Assembly (NCBI GenBank): GCA_023920165.1
Contig: CP089275.1
Span: 2,480,001-2,544,000, forward strand
DNA from: Curvularia clavata
Taxonomy: Eukaryota
DNA: 64,000 nucleotides
Direction of reading: 5' to 3'
Shown: positions 13,482-24,938 of the stretch, one piece after another
Numbering within the stretch: position 1 is the first letter of the stretch
Layout: each line of letters begins with the position of its first letter
Position numbers and translations under genes: made by a program
Notes under the pieces: model-generated
Seen by the model: the letters and a program-made list of their open reading frames with translations, nothing else
Database searches by the model: none
What the model was told of the DNA's origin: nothing

Positions 13482-15595
13482 CAGTGGGGTGACAAAAAAG
13501 AAAAAGTACAAGAAAAAATAGCTAATTTTAAATAGCTATATCTCAGCTTATATAATAGCTAATAATAAGAAAATTTAATCTTTATATAGAGATTTACTAG
13601 ATCTTAGAAACTAGTATTTTAAATACTGCTTAGTAAGTATATAGAGTATACAAAAGAATACCAAAGTAGAGAGAAAAAAAAACGCCAACTTTAAGCTATT
13701 TTTTCGCGCTTATTCTTTAGATTTTATATATGTATCTATATATAGATAGATACTACTAGTCTATATATATAATATATATAGCTTTAAGCTATAGTTGTCT
13801 ATCTAGTTAAATAGCTATATAAGATTTCAAATTTTGGCACTAGCTTACATAAGCACTAGCTTAGTCAGCTATTGGTAATCAACTAGTATATAACCATAGC
13901 TTTCTATTTCTAGCAACTTAAAACTGTATTCCCCACACGATGGAGCCACAACTGTCGAATTTCGAACGCCAAATCAAAGCGTTTTTGGACGCTAATACAC
14001 CTATAAAAAATATAATAAATTACTTTCAAAAAAATCCACGGTCTATATATAACGCTATAGCTCGAATAAAACAGAAATATAGAGCTATTAGTCAGCACGA
14101 AAGAGCTAGTTTAGGCAGAACACCAAAGACAACTACTAGAGCTATAAGAGCTTTGAATAGAGATATAACGCGAAGCCCAAAAAAGCCAAAAAAAATAGAT
14201 TATTAAACGAAAATAATCTAGAAATATCTAGCAGAACTCTTCAAAGAGTTTTAAAAGCTGAGGGTTGGACTATAACAACTAGTCAAAAAAAGCCAATTTT
14301 AAACGCTAAAAAAGCTAAAAAACGGCTATTATACGCTAAAACTAGGCTTAAAAAGCTTAGTAATATTAACTTTAAAAAGATTATATTTTCTGACGAGTCT
14401 GGAATCCAGCGTGGATATGGATCTCGAGCCGAATTTTCTCGAAATAGGCCAAAATACCACCAAAATACAAAAATATATACTACAAAGAACACAAGTACGT
14501 TTAAAAATATTTCTAATAAGCCAAAATATAGTTATATATATATATAACTATATATATATTTTATATTTTATATATCTAGCTGACTAAGCCGATTTTTAGC
14601 CCATGATATAACTATCCAAATTTGGGGAGCTATTTGGATAGGTGGCAGATCCGATCTAGTGGTTATTAAGACGCCAAATAGCGTACTTAAACATCGAAAT
14701 CACCACTATATTAGAAAATGTCTAATACCATATATAAAACCGAATATAAAACGCGGTAAGTTTTACTATATATTTTTGCTTATATATGGTTATATATATA
14801 TATACTTACTTATATATATATATATATCTAACTAGTATATAATATTTTACTAATATATAGCTATCTAGGCTGGAAATTCCAACAGGATAACGCAACAATC
14901 CACAAAGCTAGAAACGTTTTAGACTGGTTTAAGCGCCATAAAATTACACTTTTCGACCATCCAGCGTACAGCCCAGATCTAAATCCAATAGAAAACGTAT
15001 GGAGCTTGCTTAAGAATCGGCTTACTAAGCTGCCAAGCTCTAGTCTTGGCACTGGCGCTAGTGAGACTAGTATAAATACGTTTATTACAGCTATTCACCA
15101 AGAGTGGCATAAAATACCACAAAAAGACATAGATAGCTGTATTTTATCTATGCCAAAACGCTATAATAGAGTAGTAGAAGCTAGGGGCTGGTATACTAAG
15201 TATTAGATAGTAATTCACAATTATTATCTAATTCAAATACTAAAATATAACTTATATATATATCTACTAACTTAGATAGAAAACTATAGCTTAAAACTAT
15301 ATATATTATATATATAGACCAGTAGTATCTATCTATATATAGATATATATATAAAATATAAAAAACAAGCGCGAAAAAATAGCTCAAAGTTGCCGTTTTT
15401 TTTTCTCTCTACTTTAGTATTTGTTTATACATTCTGTATGCTTACTAAGCAGTATTTAAAATACTAGTTCTTAAGATCTAGTAAATCTCTACATAAAGAT
15501 TGAATCTTCTTATCATTAGCTATTTTATAAGCCGAGATATATATATTTAAAAATAGCTATTTTTTCTTGTACTCTTTCTTTCTGTCACCCCACTG
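13482..15595 (+). mobile_element. Tc1-type DNA transposon copy 3 (near intact)
   Basis: TA|CAGTGGGGTGACA...TGTCACCCCACTG|TA with long TIRs. Confidence 0.95.
13940..15206 (+). pseudogene. Tc1 DD34E transposase; introns 14495-14599 and 14756-14868; single frameshift in an A-run at ~14190
   Basis: No stops seen in the spliced frame apart from the homopolymer indel, which could be a sequencing error; 34 residues between the QDN aspartate and the NPIE glutamate. Confidence 0.85.
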
Positions 15596-16095
15596 TAATA
15601 AGAAGCTAATTAACTGAAAGCTTTTTCTTTAGGACTTAATAACTTAGATCTTTTAGATAGTATCTAAAGTAGAGATAGCAATTTAGTGAAATATAGGTTT
15701 TAAATCAGCTTTAGCTATAGAGCTATACTAAGTAATTATATCTAGTTTAATAGTATTAACTAAATTATAAAACTTCTTCAAAATATACTTAAAAAGTTAT
15801 CAAGATTAGTTATGCTATAAATAGAAAAGAATGTATAGAATTATATTTCTCTCTCTACTATATATAATAGATATACTTTTTTGAGAAATTAGATGAATAA
15901 AAATAAATATCATTAAACGAATAGTACACTAAAGCGAAGATAGCTTATAAATAGATAAAATAATATATATTCAATAGCGTACTAAGTAGATAATAAAGAA
16001 GTATAGTAAAAATAAGTACGTTAAAGTTATAACAAACTTATTTTATTCAAAAAGTGTAGAGAAGAAAACTTAGTAGTGATACTATATTATGATTA

Positions 16096-16884
16096 CAGAG
16101 GGGTGACAAAAAGGAAGACCAATCAAAAAAGTAGCAGTTTTAGAACGAGTATAACTCGGCCGATGAAATAGCTAAAAATATAGAATATACTGTTTTCTAT
16201 AGGGATTAGTCAGCAGTTTAAGTCTAGGATTTTAAATATAGCTTAGTCAGCATAGAAGAATAATAGTAAACTGTTAAAATAGAGTAGAGAAAAAGAGCAA
16301 AATAAAAGCTACTTTCTCGCGCTTAAATATTTGAGTATTTATTGTTTTTAGTAGATATATATAATATAACCATATATATATATAATATATATTTTTTACA
16401 CCAATAGCTATCTATCTAAATTGTTAGATATATATATAAGTTATATTTTAGTATTTATATTAGATAATAACTATAAAGTACTATCTAATATTTAGTATAC
16501 CAGCCCTTAGCTTCGACTACTCTATTATAGCGTCTTGGCATAGATAAAATACAGTTATCTATGTCTTTTTGTGGTATTTTATGCCACTCTTGGTGAATAG
16601 CTGTAATAAACGTATTTATACTAGTCTCACTAGCGCCAGTGCCAAGACTAGAGCTTGGCAGCTCAGTAAGCCGATTCTTAAGCAAGCTCCATACGTTTTC
16701 TATTGGATTTAGATCTGGGCTATACGCTAGATGGTCGAAAAGTGCAATTTTATGGCGCTTAAACCAGTCTAAAGCGTTTCTAGCTTTGTGGATTGTTGCG
16801 TTATCCTGTTGGAATTTCCAGCCTAGATAGCTATATATTAGTAAAGTATTTTATATTAGTTAGAAATATATATATATAAGTATA
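16096..16884 (-). mobile_element. Tc1-type copy 4, inverted and truncated (one TIR, exon 3, part of intron 2)
   Basis: TA|CAGAGGGGTGACA TIR; ORF 16485-16685 nearly identical to the copy 3 C-terminus; stops at a pogo TIR within the TA-rich intron 2. Confidence 0.9.
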
Positions 16885-18739
16885 ACGTGTTGGATAAGCG
16901 AGTGAGCCAGGCAAGCGAGTGAGCCACCTCACCAACTTCGCGCATCTATACAAGCGTGTAGCTCCACCATAGTATAATAATATAGATATATATTAATATA
17001 GCAGATTAAGCAGTATCTATAGTATCGTTTTTACACGTACGCGAATTATGGCTAGTCTCTCTACACCTACTACAGCGCGTAAGAGCCCGGCAGCTGACAC
17101 CTAATCGCTCTCCTCTCTGACGCTCTTTATAAGTAATTTACTCATTAGCCTCGCGTTAAGTAATAATATCCTCGCCAGCTCTTTTCATAAGCACTTCTTA
17201 TTTCTATATCCGCTTTCTTTTACGCTCTCTACGTTTTAACGCTGCCTTATTAACTTTTTTAAGATTAGCGATCCGCTCGCGTATTAGCTCAGCTAAGAGT
17301 ATTATTATCTCTACCTCTTTTTTAAGCTGGCTAATCGCTATAATAATTAATACTAGTAATAAGCTTTTATGCCGTCGAACACGATCACTTATTAGCGTTA
17401 ATTAAGCTTCAAGCTCGCGTATATTACCTAGCGTATAGGCCTGCTAGAGAGCTTCTACGAGAGTAGCTAGAGGAGTAGACATACATAGCTACACGTTAAG
17501 CTTTGATAGAACAGTATCTAGCTAGAGAGGAATAAGGCCTACACCTTAAAAAGCTGAGCAGATATTGGCTGACGTAAACGATTAATTAAAGGCTATCTTA
17601 AATACTGGCAGAAACTCGAGCTTAGTAATATAGTTAATGTGGTTGCATATTAGGCTCTCCACCTCACGGCTATACGCACGCTTTAATAGCGAGAAGCAGC
17701 TAATATTAAGAGGCTAGAGTAGGTAAGACGAATAAGACGGTATATAGAGCGTATAGATATTGTTCTCCTTATAGAGCTTTTAGAACTTAAATAACTGGTA
17801 GCTCTTATGGCTATTAAGAATAAGTAGCTAGCGTGCTCCAACAATCTTACTATCTATATGCTTAATAAAGTGCTTTAGCTACTCAACTTCTAGCTTATTA
17901 GTCGTCTAGCCGTTATCACTAACTGCGATTATCTAGTCGCGTGGGATCTCTGCCTCCTCATACTAGATAGATAGGTAATACTTGCTAGTAAAAATTAGAA
18001 ATAGCGGGATAGACCAGCCGGCTACGTTAATTCCAGCGATAAATGTCACCTACTTACAACCACCTGGCTGGATAGCCTTTGGCTGAGCTCTTCTTTCTAA
18101 CGCTGTAACGACAAGCTGAGTAGTAATCTTGCCTATTAAGAAGCTAGCTTTATCGAAGTTGTAGACGTCCTCGTCGCAGATACTGTACTTGGCCTTTATC
18201 TACTCTACAAGCTTAAACTAGCTCTTAATTAAGACTAGATCTTTATATAGAGCTCTCTGTCTATTATACGCCCGATTAAAGCGCGTTGTAAGACTGTCTA
18301 TACACTTGACAAAGTTAGCTAGCCACTTCTACCCAACCTGGCCAGCGCCGCGCGCAGCCAGCAGCTTATTAGCTATATCGCGCATAGTAGCGTACGTAGG
18401 CGCAAATCTACGTAAATCGAGATTAAGTATATAATTAACTATCACCTCCTCTTCTAACTTAGTTAGCTTCTTTAAGTTAGGCTAATAATCGCGTTAGATA
18501 GGGCAACCAGCGCGTCGGCAGTAGAGTATAGCTCGCGAGATATTAAACGTCTTAATAGGGTATCTCTCGGTTTCAATTTGCTTTATATTAAGAGCTAAAA
18601 TCGTAAAATACATATCAGCCTCATAAGAGACCTTAGAAGCTTGTTGGGGGGACGCCATAGTTGATTGAAGTTGAGGCGTTGTGGAAAGTTGGTGAGGTGG
18701 CTTACTCGCTTGCCTGGCTTACTCGCTTATCCAACACGT
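16885..18739 (-). mobile_element. Fot1/pogo DNA transposon, heavily RIP-mutated (transposase remnant ~17006-18658)
   Basis: TA|ACGTGTTGGATAAGCGAGTGAGCCAGGCAAGCGAGT...TTATCCAACACGT|TA; aligns by eye to the copy at 61814-63674 with many transitions. Confidence 0.92.
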
Positions 18740-18983
18740 TAGCTATTCTACTACTATATATATTGGCTAGAGTAGATTCTAGAAGAATCTATCTAGTAGT
18801 AGCTTGCGTAATCTTTGGCGTCATAGACAGATGTCTATAGATCGATTATAGTCTTGAGAGATCGACTATAGATTTGGTAGATTCTGGGTATAGTAGTACG
18901 CACCCAGATACTGTAGATCAGCTGACTGGCTTAGATCTATAACAGTCTAGTCGACAGCTTTAATGTTGTTAAATACAACTAGT

Positions 18984-19283
18984 TACTATCTCAGAGTACA
19001 TCTCACACAGTAGCCAACCCATGTGCATGGCCAACCTATGTGGTACGTTACAAGTACTGCTATTAGTGCAATAGCAGGGTTAAGCGAGGGTTTTGGTAAG
19101 GACAACACTAGCATGGGCGGCCAATCAAGGTAGTCGGCTAACCCATAAGGTACGTTAGTAAAAAGTAAAAGTAAAGCAAAGAACAAAGAGCAAAAAGGTA
19201 AGGTAGTAGACTAAAGTAGCGTAGGTGGTAGCCGAGTCAGCCTATGAGTAGTGTGAGTCAAGGGTTTCGGCCTGTGACCTTAC
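18984..19283. repeat. Possible solo LTR
   Basis: About 300 bp ending ...GTGACCTTACA, flanked by CTAGT/GTAGT (4/5 TSD-like match). Confidence 0.3.
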
Positions 19284-20398
19284 AGTAGTATCCAATTTCT
19301 CCAATCTACCACAGAAAGACTACAATACTTGGTACTGAAGCAAGATGTAGTAAACAATAAGGACAGCGAATACCAGATCTTGCTTTCTAAAATTGAAATG
19401 AATGTTCAGTTTTTATCAACTATTTCTTGTCTACCTTCTCGTGCGCTAAGATTGAATTCAAACTTCTTAGGTTGCGTCTATATAAGATTAGCGATTGAAA
19501 GTCGCTATATCACTAGGTTATGATTTCATACATACATTGAACCCAGCGACGTAGTTGTATAGAGGTGGTTTTATAACCTGGTCATCAGCAGACGTCTTAC
19601 ATGAGAGATTACAGCACCAGGCGATTCTTGAGATAAGGATGTAAAGTGACTGTTCGGCAATATTCAATCCAGGGCAAATCCTTCGCCCAAAGCCAAATGC
19701 ACTAAAGTTCTGGAGGCTCGGGTATTGCGTCAGGGGTTCCTTGAATGTTGGCCATCCTTTTTCGAGACATCTCTCAGGTCGAAAGTTGTCTGGATCGGGG
19801 TATCTATTAGGTTCCCTATGAATAGACCACTGTACCGGATGGAAATTGCTACGGGCCGGAAAGAATAGTCTGCGGCCATCCTTCATCTCATACACGTCGT
19901 CTCGGGTGAGTGTATGAGGTAGCCCACCAGCTGTGACAGGTCGCCATCTAAGGACCTCCTTTGCAACTGCTCTTACTCGCGGAAGACTAGGCATATCATC
20001 AAATGATGGAATACGGTCATTTCCAACCACCTCATCGACTTCAGCTTGTAGTTTCGTATACTCTGCAGGGTGCAAAGTCATAGCCAGCATGAAACTCATC
20101 ATTGCTGATGCTGTTGTGCCCGCTCCAGCCTCGAAAAGTGTTCCGATTGTGTAAGCCGCCTGATCCTCACTTATGTTGTAGAATTCCCTGCTTTTGTACC
20201 ACTTGCTACAAAAGTTATCTTTAGCAGCATCTGCGCTACTGTTTGCGATGCCTTCCTGTAGGTGTTCCCTGAAAAGATCGAGTTCTTCTTGATGGAGCCT
20301 GGCAGCTTCCCGTTTGAATGGAGCGAGAAAGGAGGGGAGATAAAGCAGAAATGGTAACGCATCCACTAGATACGACCCAGGACTGGCAACTCTCTCTA

Positions 20399-22190
20399 AG
20401 CTCGGGCATATACTTTCCGGCCACATATGGTTTCCGGCCACCCCACCCAAAGTAGCCACTCAACTCAAACTTGTGATTTTTCCAACACCACGCTTTCAAT
20501 ATGGATCCACGGGAGCTTGCTATACAAAACGCTATCGCAGATCTCAATTCTGGTGTTTTTAAAAGTGAGCGGGCAGCTGCAAGTTGGCATAAAGTCCCAC
20601 GATCGACGCTACAAGGCCGTCGCGCAGGCCAACAACCACACGCGATAGCTCACCAAAACCAGCAGCGATTGACTCCAGAGCAAGAGCAATTTCTAGTAGA
20701 GTGGATACTAGAAGAAGACTCACGCGCACAGCCGCCATCTCATCCACGCGTTCGAGAGATGGCTACTAGAATTCTACGCATGAACGGCGACTGCCAACCA
20801 CTTGGACAACTATGGGTATCTCACTTTGTTGCCCGTAACCCACGCGTCGCGTCGATAGTCGGCCGAAAGATTGAGAGCGTGCGTACTACTGGTGCCAACT
20901 ATGAGACTATTAAAGCCTTTCTTGAGCTATTTGAACGTACGCGCATAGAGCTAGGCATACAGTACGAAGATATATGGAATATGGACGAGACTGGAGTCGC
21001 GCTAGGGGTATGTACGAACGCTAGAGTGCTTGCAAGCTCTTCAAAGAAGAAAGCTTACGTCAAGTCTCCAGAGGATCGCGAGTGGGTGTCAGTTATTGAG
21101 ACCGTCTCCGCCACAGGCGCCAAGCTCCAGTGCCTAGTTATCTTCAAGGGCAAGCATCTTCAAACTACGTGGTTTCCAGCTACTAGTACACCAAATTGGC
21201 TATATACTACGTCAGAGAATGGGTGGACGTCGAATTCGATTGGATCTGAGTGGCTACAGCGGATTTTTATACCAAATACTGCGCCTACAAGTGGTGGATA
21301 TCGACTACTCCTTCTTGACGGCCATGGCTCCCACACGCCTATTGACTTCATGTGGCTTTGTAAGGTGAATAGGATCCAGCTACTATATCTTCCTGCGCAT
21401 GCCTCTCACTTGCTGCAGCCGCTAGACTTAGCTCCCTTCTCTGTACTCAAGTCTCGCTATCGTAATCAGATTCAAGCTCTCTCAGCACTTGACGACGCAG
21501 CTCTAGTAAAAAAAAGAGTGTTTTGTTATATCATATAACAAAGCTAGAGAAGAAGGACTATCAGAGCGTGTTGTTAGAGCTGGCTGGAGAGCTGCTGGGC
21601 TCTGTCCATATAACCCAGACATTGTATTACTCTCGTCTCAAATAACTGGCCGACCAGTTACTCCGCCAGCCGCCCGTCAGGCCCAAGATCTACCAGAGCA
21701 AGTCTTTAATACCCCTCGGAGCTCACAGGCTCTACATAAGACCCAACAGCAGCTGCTGCTGTCAGAATCTCTCTCACGAAGCACCCGGCTGGTGCTTAGC
21801 AAAGCAGGTAAGGCTATTGCGGAGGCAAATACCAGAGCTGCCCAACTTGAAGCTCAAAATCAACAGCTTAGATATCAACTAGATAGCTACAAGATTACTC
21901 GCGTAAGAAAACGAGTTCAAGTTAACCCAAATGAACGCTTTAGTAACGTTGAGAGTATTAAGGCTGCTATTGACCGAGCAGCAGCTCTACAGGCACAACA
22001 GGCAAATATTTCAACTGAAAAAGCAGCTGAAAAAGCAGCAGCAGAAGCGGCAGCGCTTACTCTTAGCTCTATGTGTAATGAGTGGCAAATATAATTGTTG
22101 TTGTCGAAGAAATCGCGACTTTGAGTTGAGTGGCTACTTTGGGTGGGGTGGCCGGAAACCATATGTGGCCGGAAAGTATATGCCCGAGCT
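20399..22190 (+). mobile_element. Pogo/Fot1-family DNA transposon, young, with perfect 71-bp TIRs and TA TSD
   Basis: TIR 20399-20469 is the reverse complement of 22120-22190; TA on both sides. Confidence 0.97.
20501..22094 (+). pseudogene. Pogo DDE_1 transposase with one frameshift in an A-run (~21510)
   Basis: HTH, WNMDETG, LLDGHGSH and HLLQPLD motifs; the frame continues after removing one A (…VKKECFVISYNKAREEG…). Confidence 0.88.
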
Positions 22191-23624
22191 TATATTGTGT
22201 ACCACTGCTAAGATCCTCCTGACGAACGTCTCCTCACCAGTTTGAACCGGTCTTGAATACGCTAAGCGGAGAATGAGTCCAGCTGAGTATCTCTCGAACC
22301 AGGTTTCATATCTCTCTGGTACTCTCACTAAATCACGGACTGCTCGTAGGCTCTCTTGCTCTTGCAAAGGTTGATATGTGACCGCAACAGTAGTGTTTGT
22401 TAAGGCGTGCATCAACTTTCGTACACTGCGCCACGTCTCTCCATATGGTAGAAAAAGCGGTCTCAAGTTACCGCTTACAAGTTGGGCAGCCATAGGTAGT
22501 TGTTCGCGATCGCTGTAGATTGTACCTCGCTCTCGGAGTAGGTCGTTGGCAATCTCTTCAGTGGATATGATGACATGATTGTGGCCCGCAAGACTAAGTC
22601 GGAAGACATCACCATAGCGCGCGCTCCAATCCCGAAACTTCAACCAGCTGTGATAGGGTGGGATTTGCAGTAGGTTCCCAATAAGCGGTTTTCCTGGCGG
22701 ACCATTTGGTATTTGTGTGCCCGCTGGCAAGTTTCGTTTTATGTAGAGATATCTAAAGACGATAACGGCGGACAATGCCACTAGTGCACTAACAAACATC
22801 GTTTTGCCTTAGAAAAGAATAGCGTAGAGGGAAAAGGTTTGAGCAGCAAGCGTATGATGGTGAACAAACGGCCAATGGGTTGTTTTCCAAGTCATAAGAC
22901 CAAAAATATGTGATATCTGGTCGACTTCTAAATACTTGGCGGAGAGGGGATATGGCTGAAAGGGTTATAACTAATCCTGCACAAGTCTGGCCATATATCT
23001 TCACCTTTGGCCTGTGTTGCTTACGTTCTCTAATTAAAAATCTACCCCGCATTTAAAGCATGGTGCTGGCATCGAAGATCGATCCAAACACCATACTTTA
23101 AGATCCGGGCTTACCGGGAGGCTGATACGTCTGACGATCCAAGCTTCCGACTCTTCCTTCAGAAATAAGTCCGATTGACTCGATCGTTCTAAGGAACATG
23201 GTAAACTAGCACCCTCCACTCCTAACATTGTCTCTAAATGTAGAAGTCAAGTCTAGAAGACCTCGTTAAGAGCTATAGGGTTTTCCGAATTCCACTATGC
23301 GCCAGCTGTAAACATCATACAGTCTGGCGTGATACACAGTCAAGTGTAAGACGCAGTCGGATGTAAGACGCGGCCAGACGTAACGCGCGTCCGGGCGTAA
23401 CGCGCGTGTTTGGGCCGAGTACCCATACGAACAGAAGCCGGTATCGTTTGCCGACATTATCGTGAGTGGGCTTGCACAAGAGCCGAGGATACTTTGAGCC
23501 CACCAAGAGGAGCCACGACCTCGCTAAACTCCAGCCAGACTGGTGGAGCAAGTGGACATAGCCAGTTGCTGCGGTTTGTATAGTAACAGACAATTTTACA
23601 ACAGCTGTAGTTATACTATACAGA

Positions 23625-24554
23625 CTAATCGTCTCCTCTAAACATTCGCCACCACCGACTCGATTTTGCCATTTCTCCATATTCCCCACCAGTAATCATC
23701 CACCATTTCTGGAGAAACCAGGGTTGGACTTCCCACGACCTATCTTCCCACGGCGTCGGACCCCAGCACTGAAATGCATCCCGGCTGTCTAAATCTTGTA
23801 TGAAGTCATGCTCATCAAAGACTTTTGGCTCTGCTGATCGCAAAACTAGCAGATTTTCGCGGAAGTCCCTGAAAGGCAGGCAATCAATATATAGATCATG
23901 ATCATGTCGCCTCTGAGCCTCTCCACCAATAAGATCTGGTGCGCTTGTAAGCTCACCCATCTCGACCACTGATGATTGATGTACCCATGGGGATGGTAAA
24001 GGGTTGCCACCACAGCTGTGCTCTTGAATCTGCGAGAAGGGAATGCCCAAGACTGCAGCATTCGCAACGCAAGCTGCATAGAACGAGTATCGTCGAACGT
24101 GAACATACGTGTCCATCGGAATTTGCAGTGTAGCACGATGACTGACAGTGTTTGGATTTTGACTGGTCGGCAACAGGGATTGAATAGCCAAGTTTTCAGG
24201 CTCCAGCGCCGCCTCCAATGAAGACGTCCCTGTTGCTGTAACCCGCATCATGGACTGGAGGTCGGTGGATAAAGCCAGAATTTGATTTGACACATCAGTA
24301 CTGCAACACCCTGGAAGCTCTTGTAGTTGCGCTATACCCACAACAGACGTGTTGGTTGAATTTGGATCACCAACATTGCTTTGCAATACTCGTTGCTTTT
24401 CCCCTTAGGTACTGTTGATTAGCGAGGTTTTATCTAGTAAGCTGCGATGAAGTCACGAACGATATCTTCTTTGCGCTTCGCGTCCCTGTTGTCTCCGCTT
24501 TTCCGTGATGCGACGCTTTCGTGGATGTCGCACATCTGCCATCTTATCAGCCAT
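23625..24554 (-). CDS. bZIP-like transcription factor with DUF3425 domain (intron ~24405-24460)
   Basis: Exon 1 basic region RKRRITEKRRQQGREAQRRY; C-terminal 'IDCLPFRDFRENL...WGPTPWEDRSWEVQPWFLQKW...WWRMFRG' is typical of DUF3425. Confidence 0.85.
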
Positions 24555-24688
24555 AGAAACAAAGTTAAGGTCTATGTTTGGGAAACTACTAAAGGATGGC
24601 TTATATCCTAGTCGTGAGCCAAGCGGATCACTAAGCCATCAAGTGTGGGTCCTTGGGACCATGTGATCTTCTCCATAAGCCTGTACCA

Positions 24689-24768
24689 CAGCCTTGCGCA
24701 TGGTGAGCCAGCCTTGCGCACGGTGAGCCAGCCTTGCGCATGGTGAGCCAGCTTTGCGCACGGTAAGC
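24689..24768. repeat. Tandem repeat, 4 x 20 bp (CAGCCTTGCGCAYGGTRAGC), plus a degenerate fifth unit
   Basis: Read directly; lies in the ~385-bp divergent promoter between the bZIP gene and the SDR. Confidence 0.95.
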
Positions 24769-24938
24769 AACCATTCTGCATGCGGTAAGCTCGAGACTGG
24801 CTTACTCTACTTGCGAAATAATGCCAAAGCCACCAAAGAACCTCATTCCCCAAGATGGAATATTCCCTACCTTCATGGCTGAATTCAACTATAAAAATCA
24901 CATCGAAGTCCATTTAGAATTGATGTGTAAATGCAATC

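Larger units (their letters stand above)
19387..22799 (-). pseudogene. Cytochrome P450 monooxygenase disrupted by a pogo insertion (intron 19478-19535)
   Basis: N-terminal TM and PPGKPLIGNL; AGAGTT, EVLR, PER and FGFGRRICPG motifs. Removing 20399-22190 plus one TA restores VHNI-ERVASPG in frame. Confidence 0.93.

Noticed and set aside
19518..20459. ORFs 19518-20459 and 22134-22799 as two separate P450 genes
   Set aside because: They are halves of one gene; their odd termini are read-through into the TIRs.
23266..23689. ORFs between the P450 and the bZIP gene
   Set aside because: No motifs and they overlap the regulator's 3' region; a gene cannot be supported.
24701..24711. GTGAGCCAG shared between the promoter array and the pogo TIR at ~16902
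   Set aside because: Only a 9-bp match with no further similarity; chance is likely.
24689..24768. 20-bp repeat as a CRISPR array
   Set aside because: Units are contiguous with no spacers, the context is eukaryotic and there are no cas genes.
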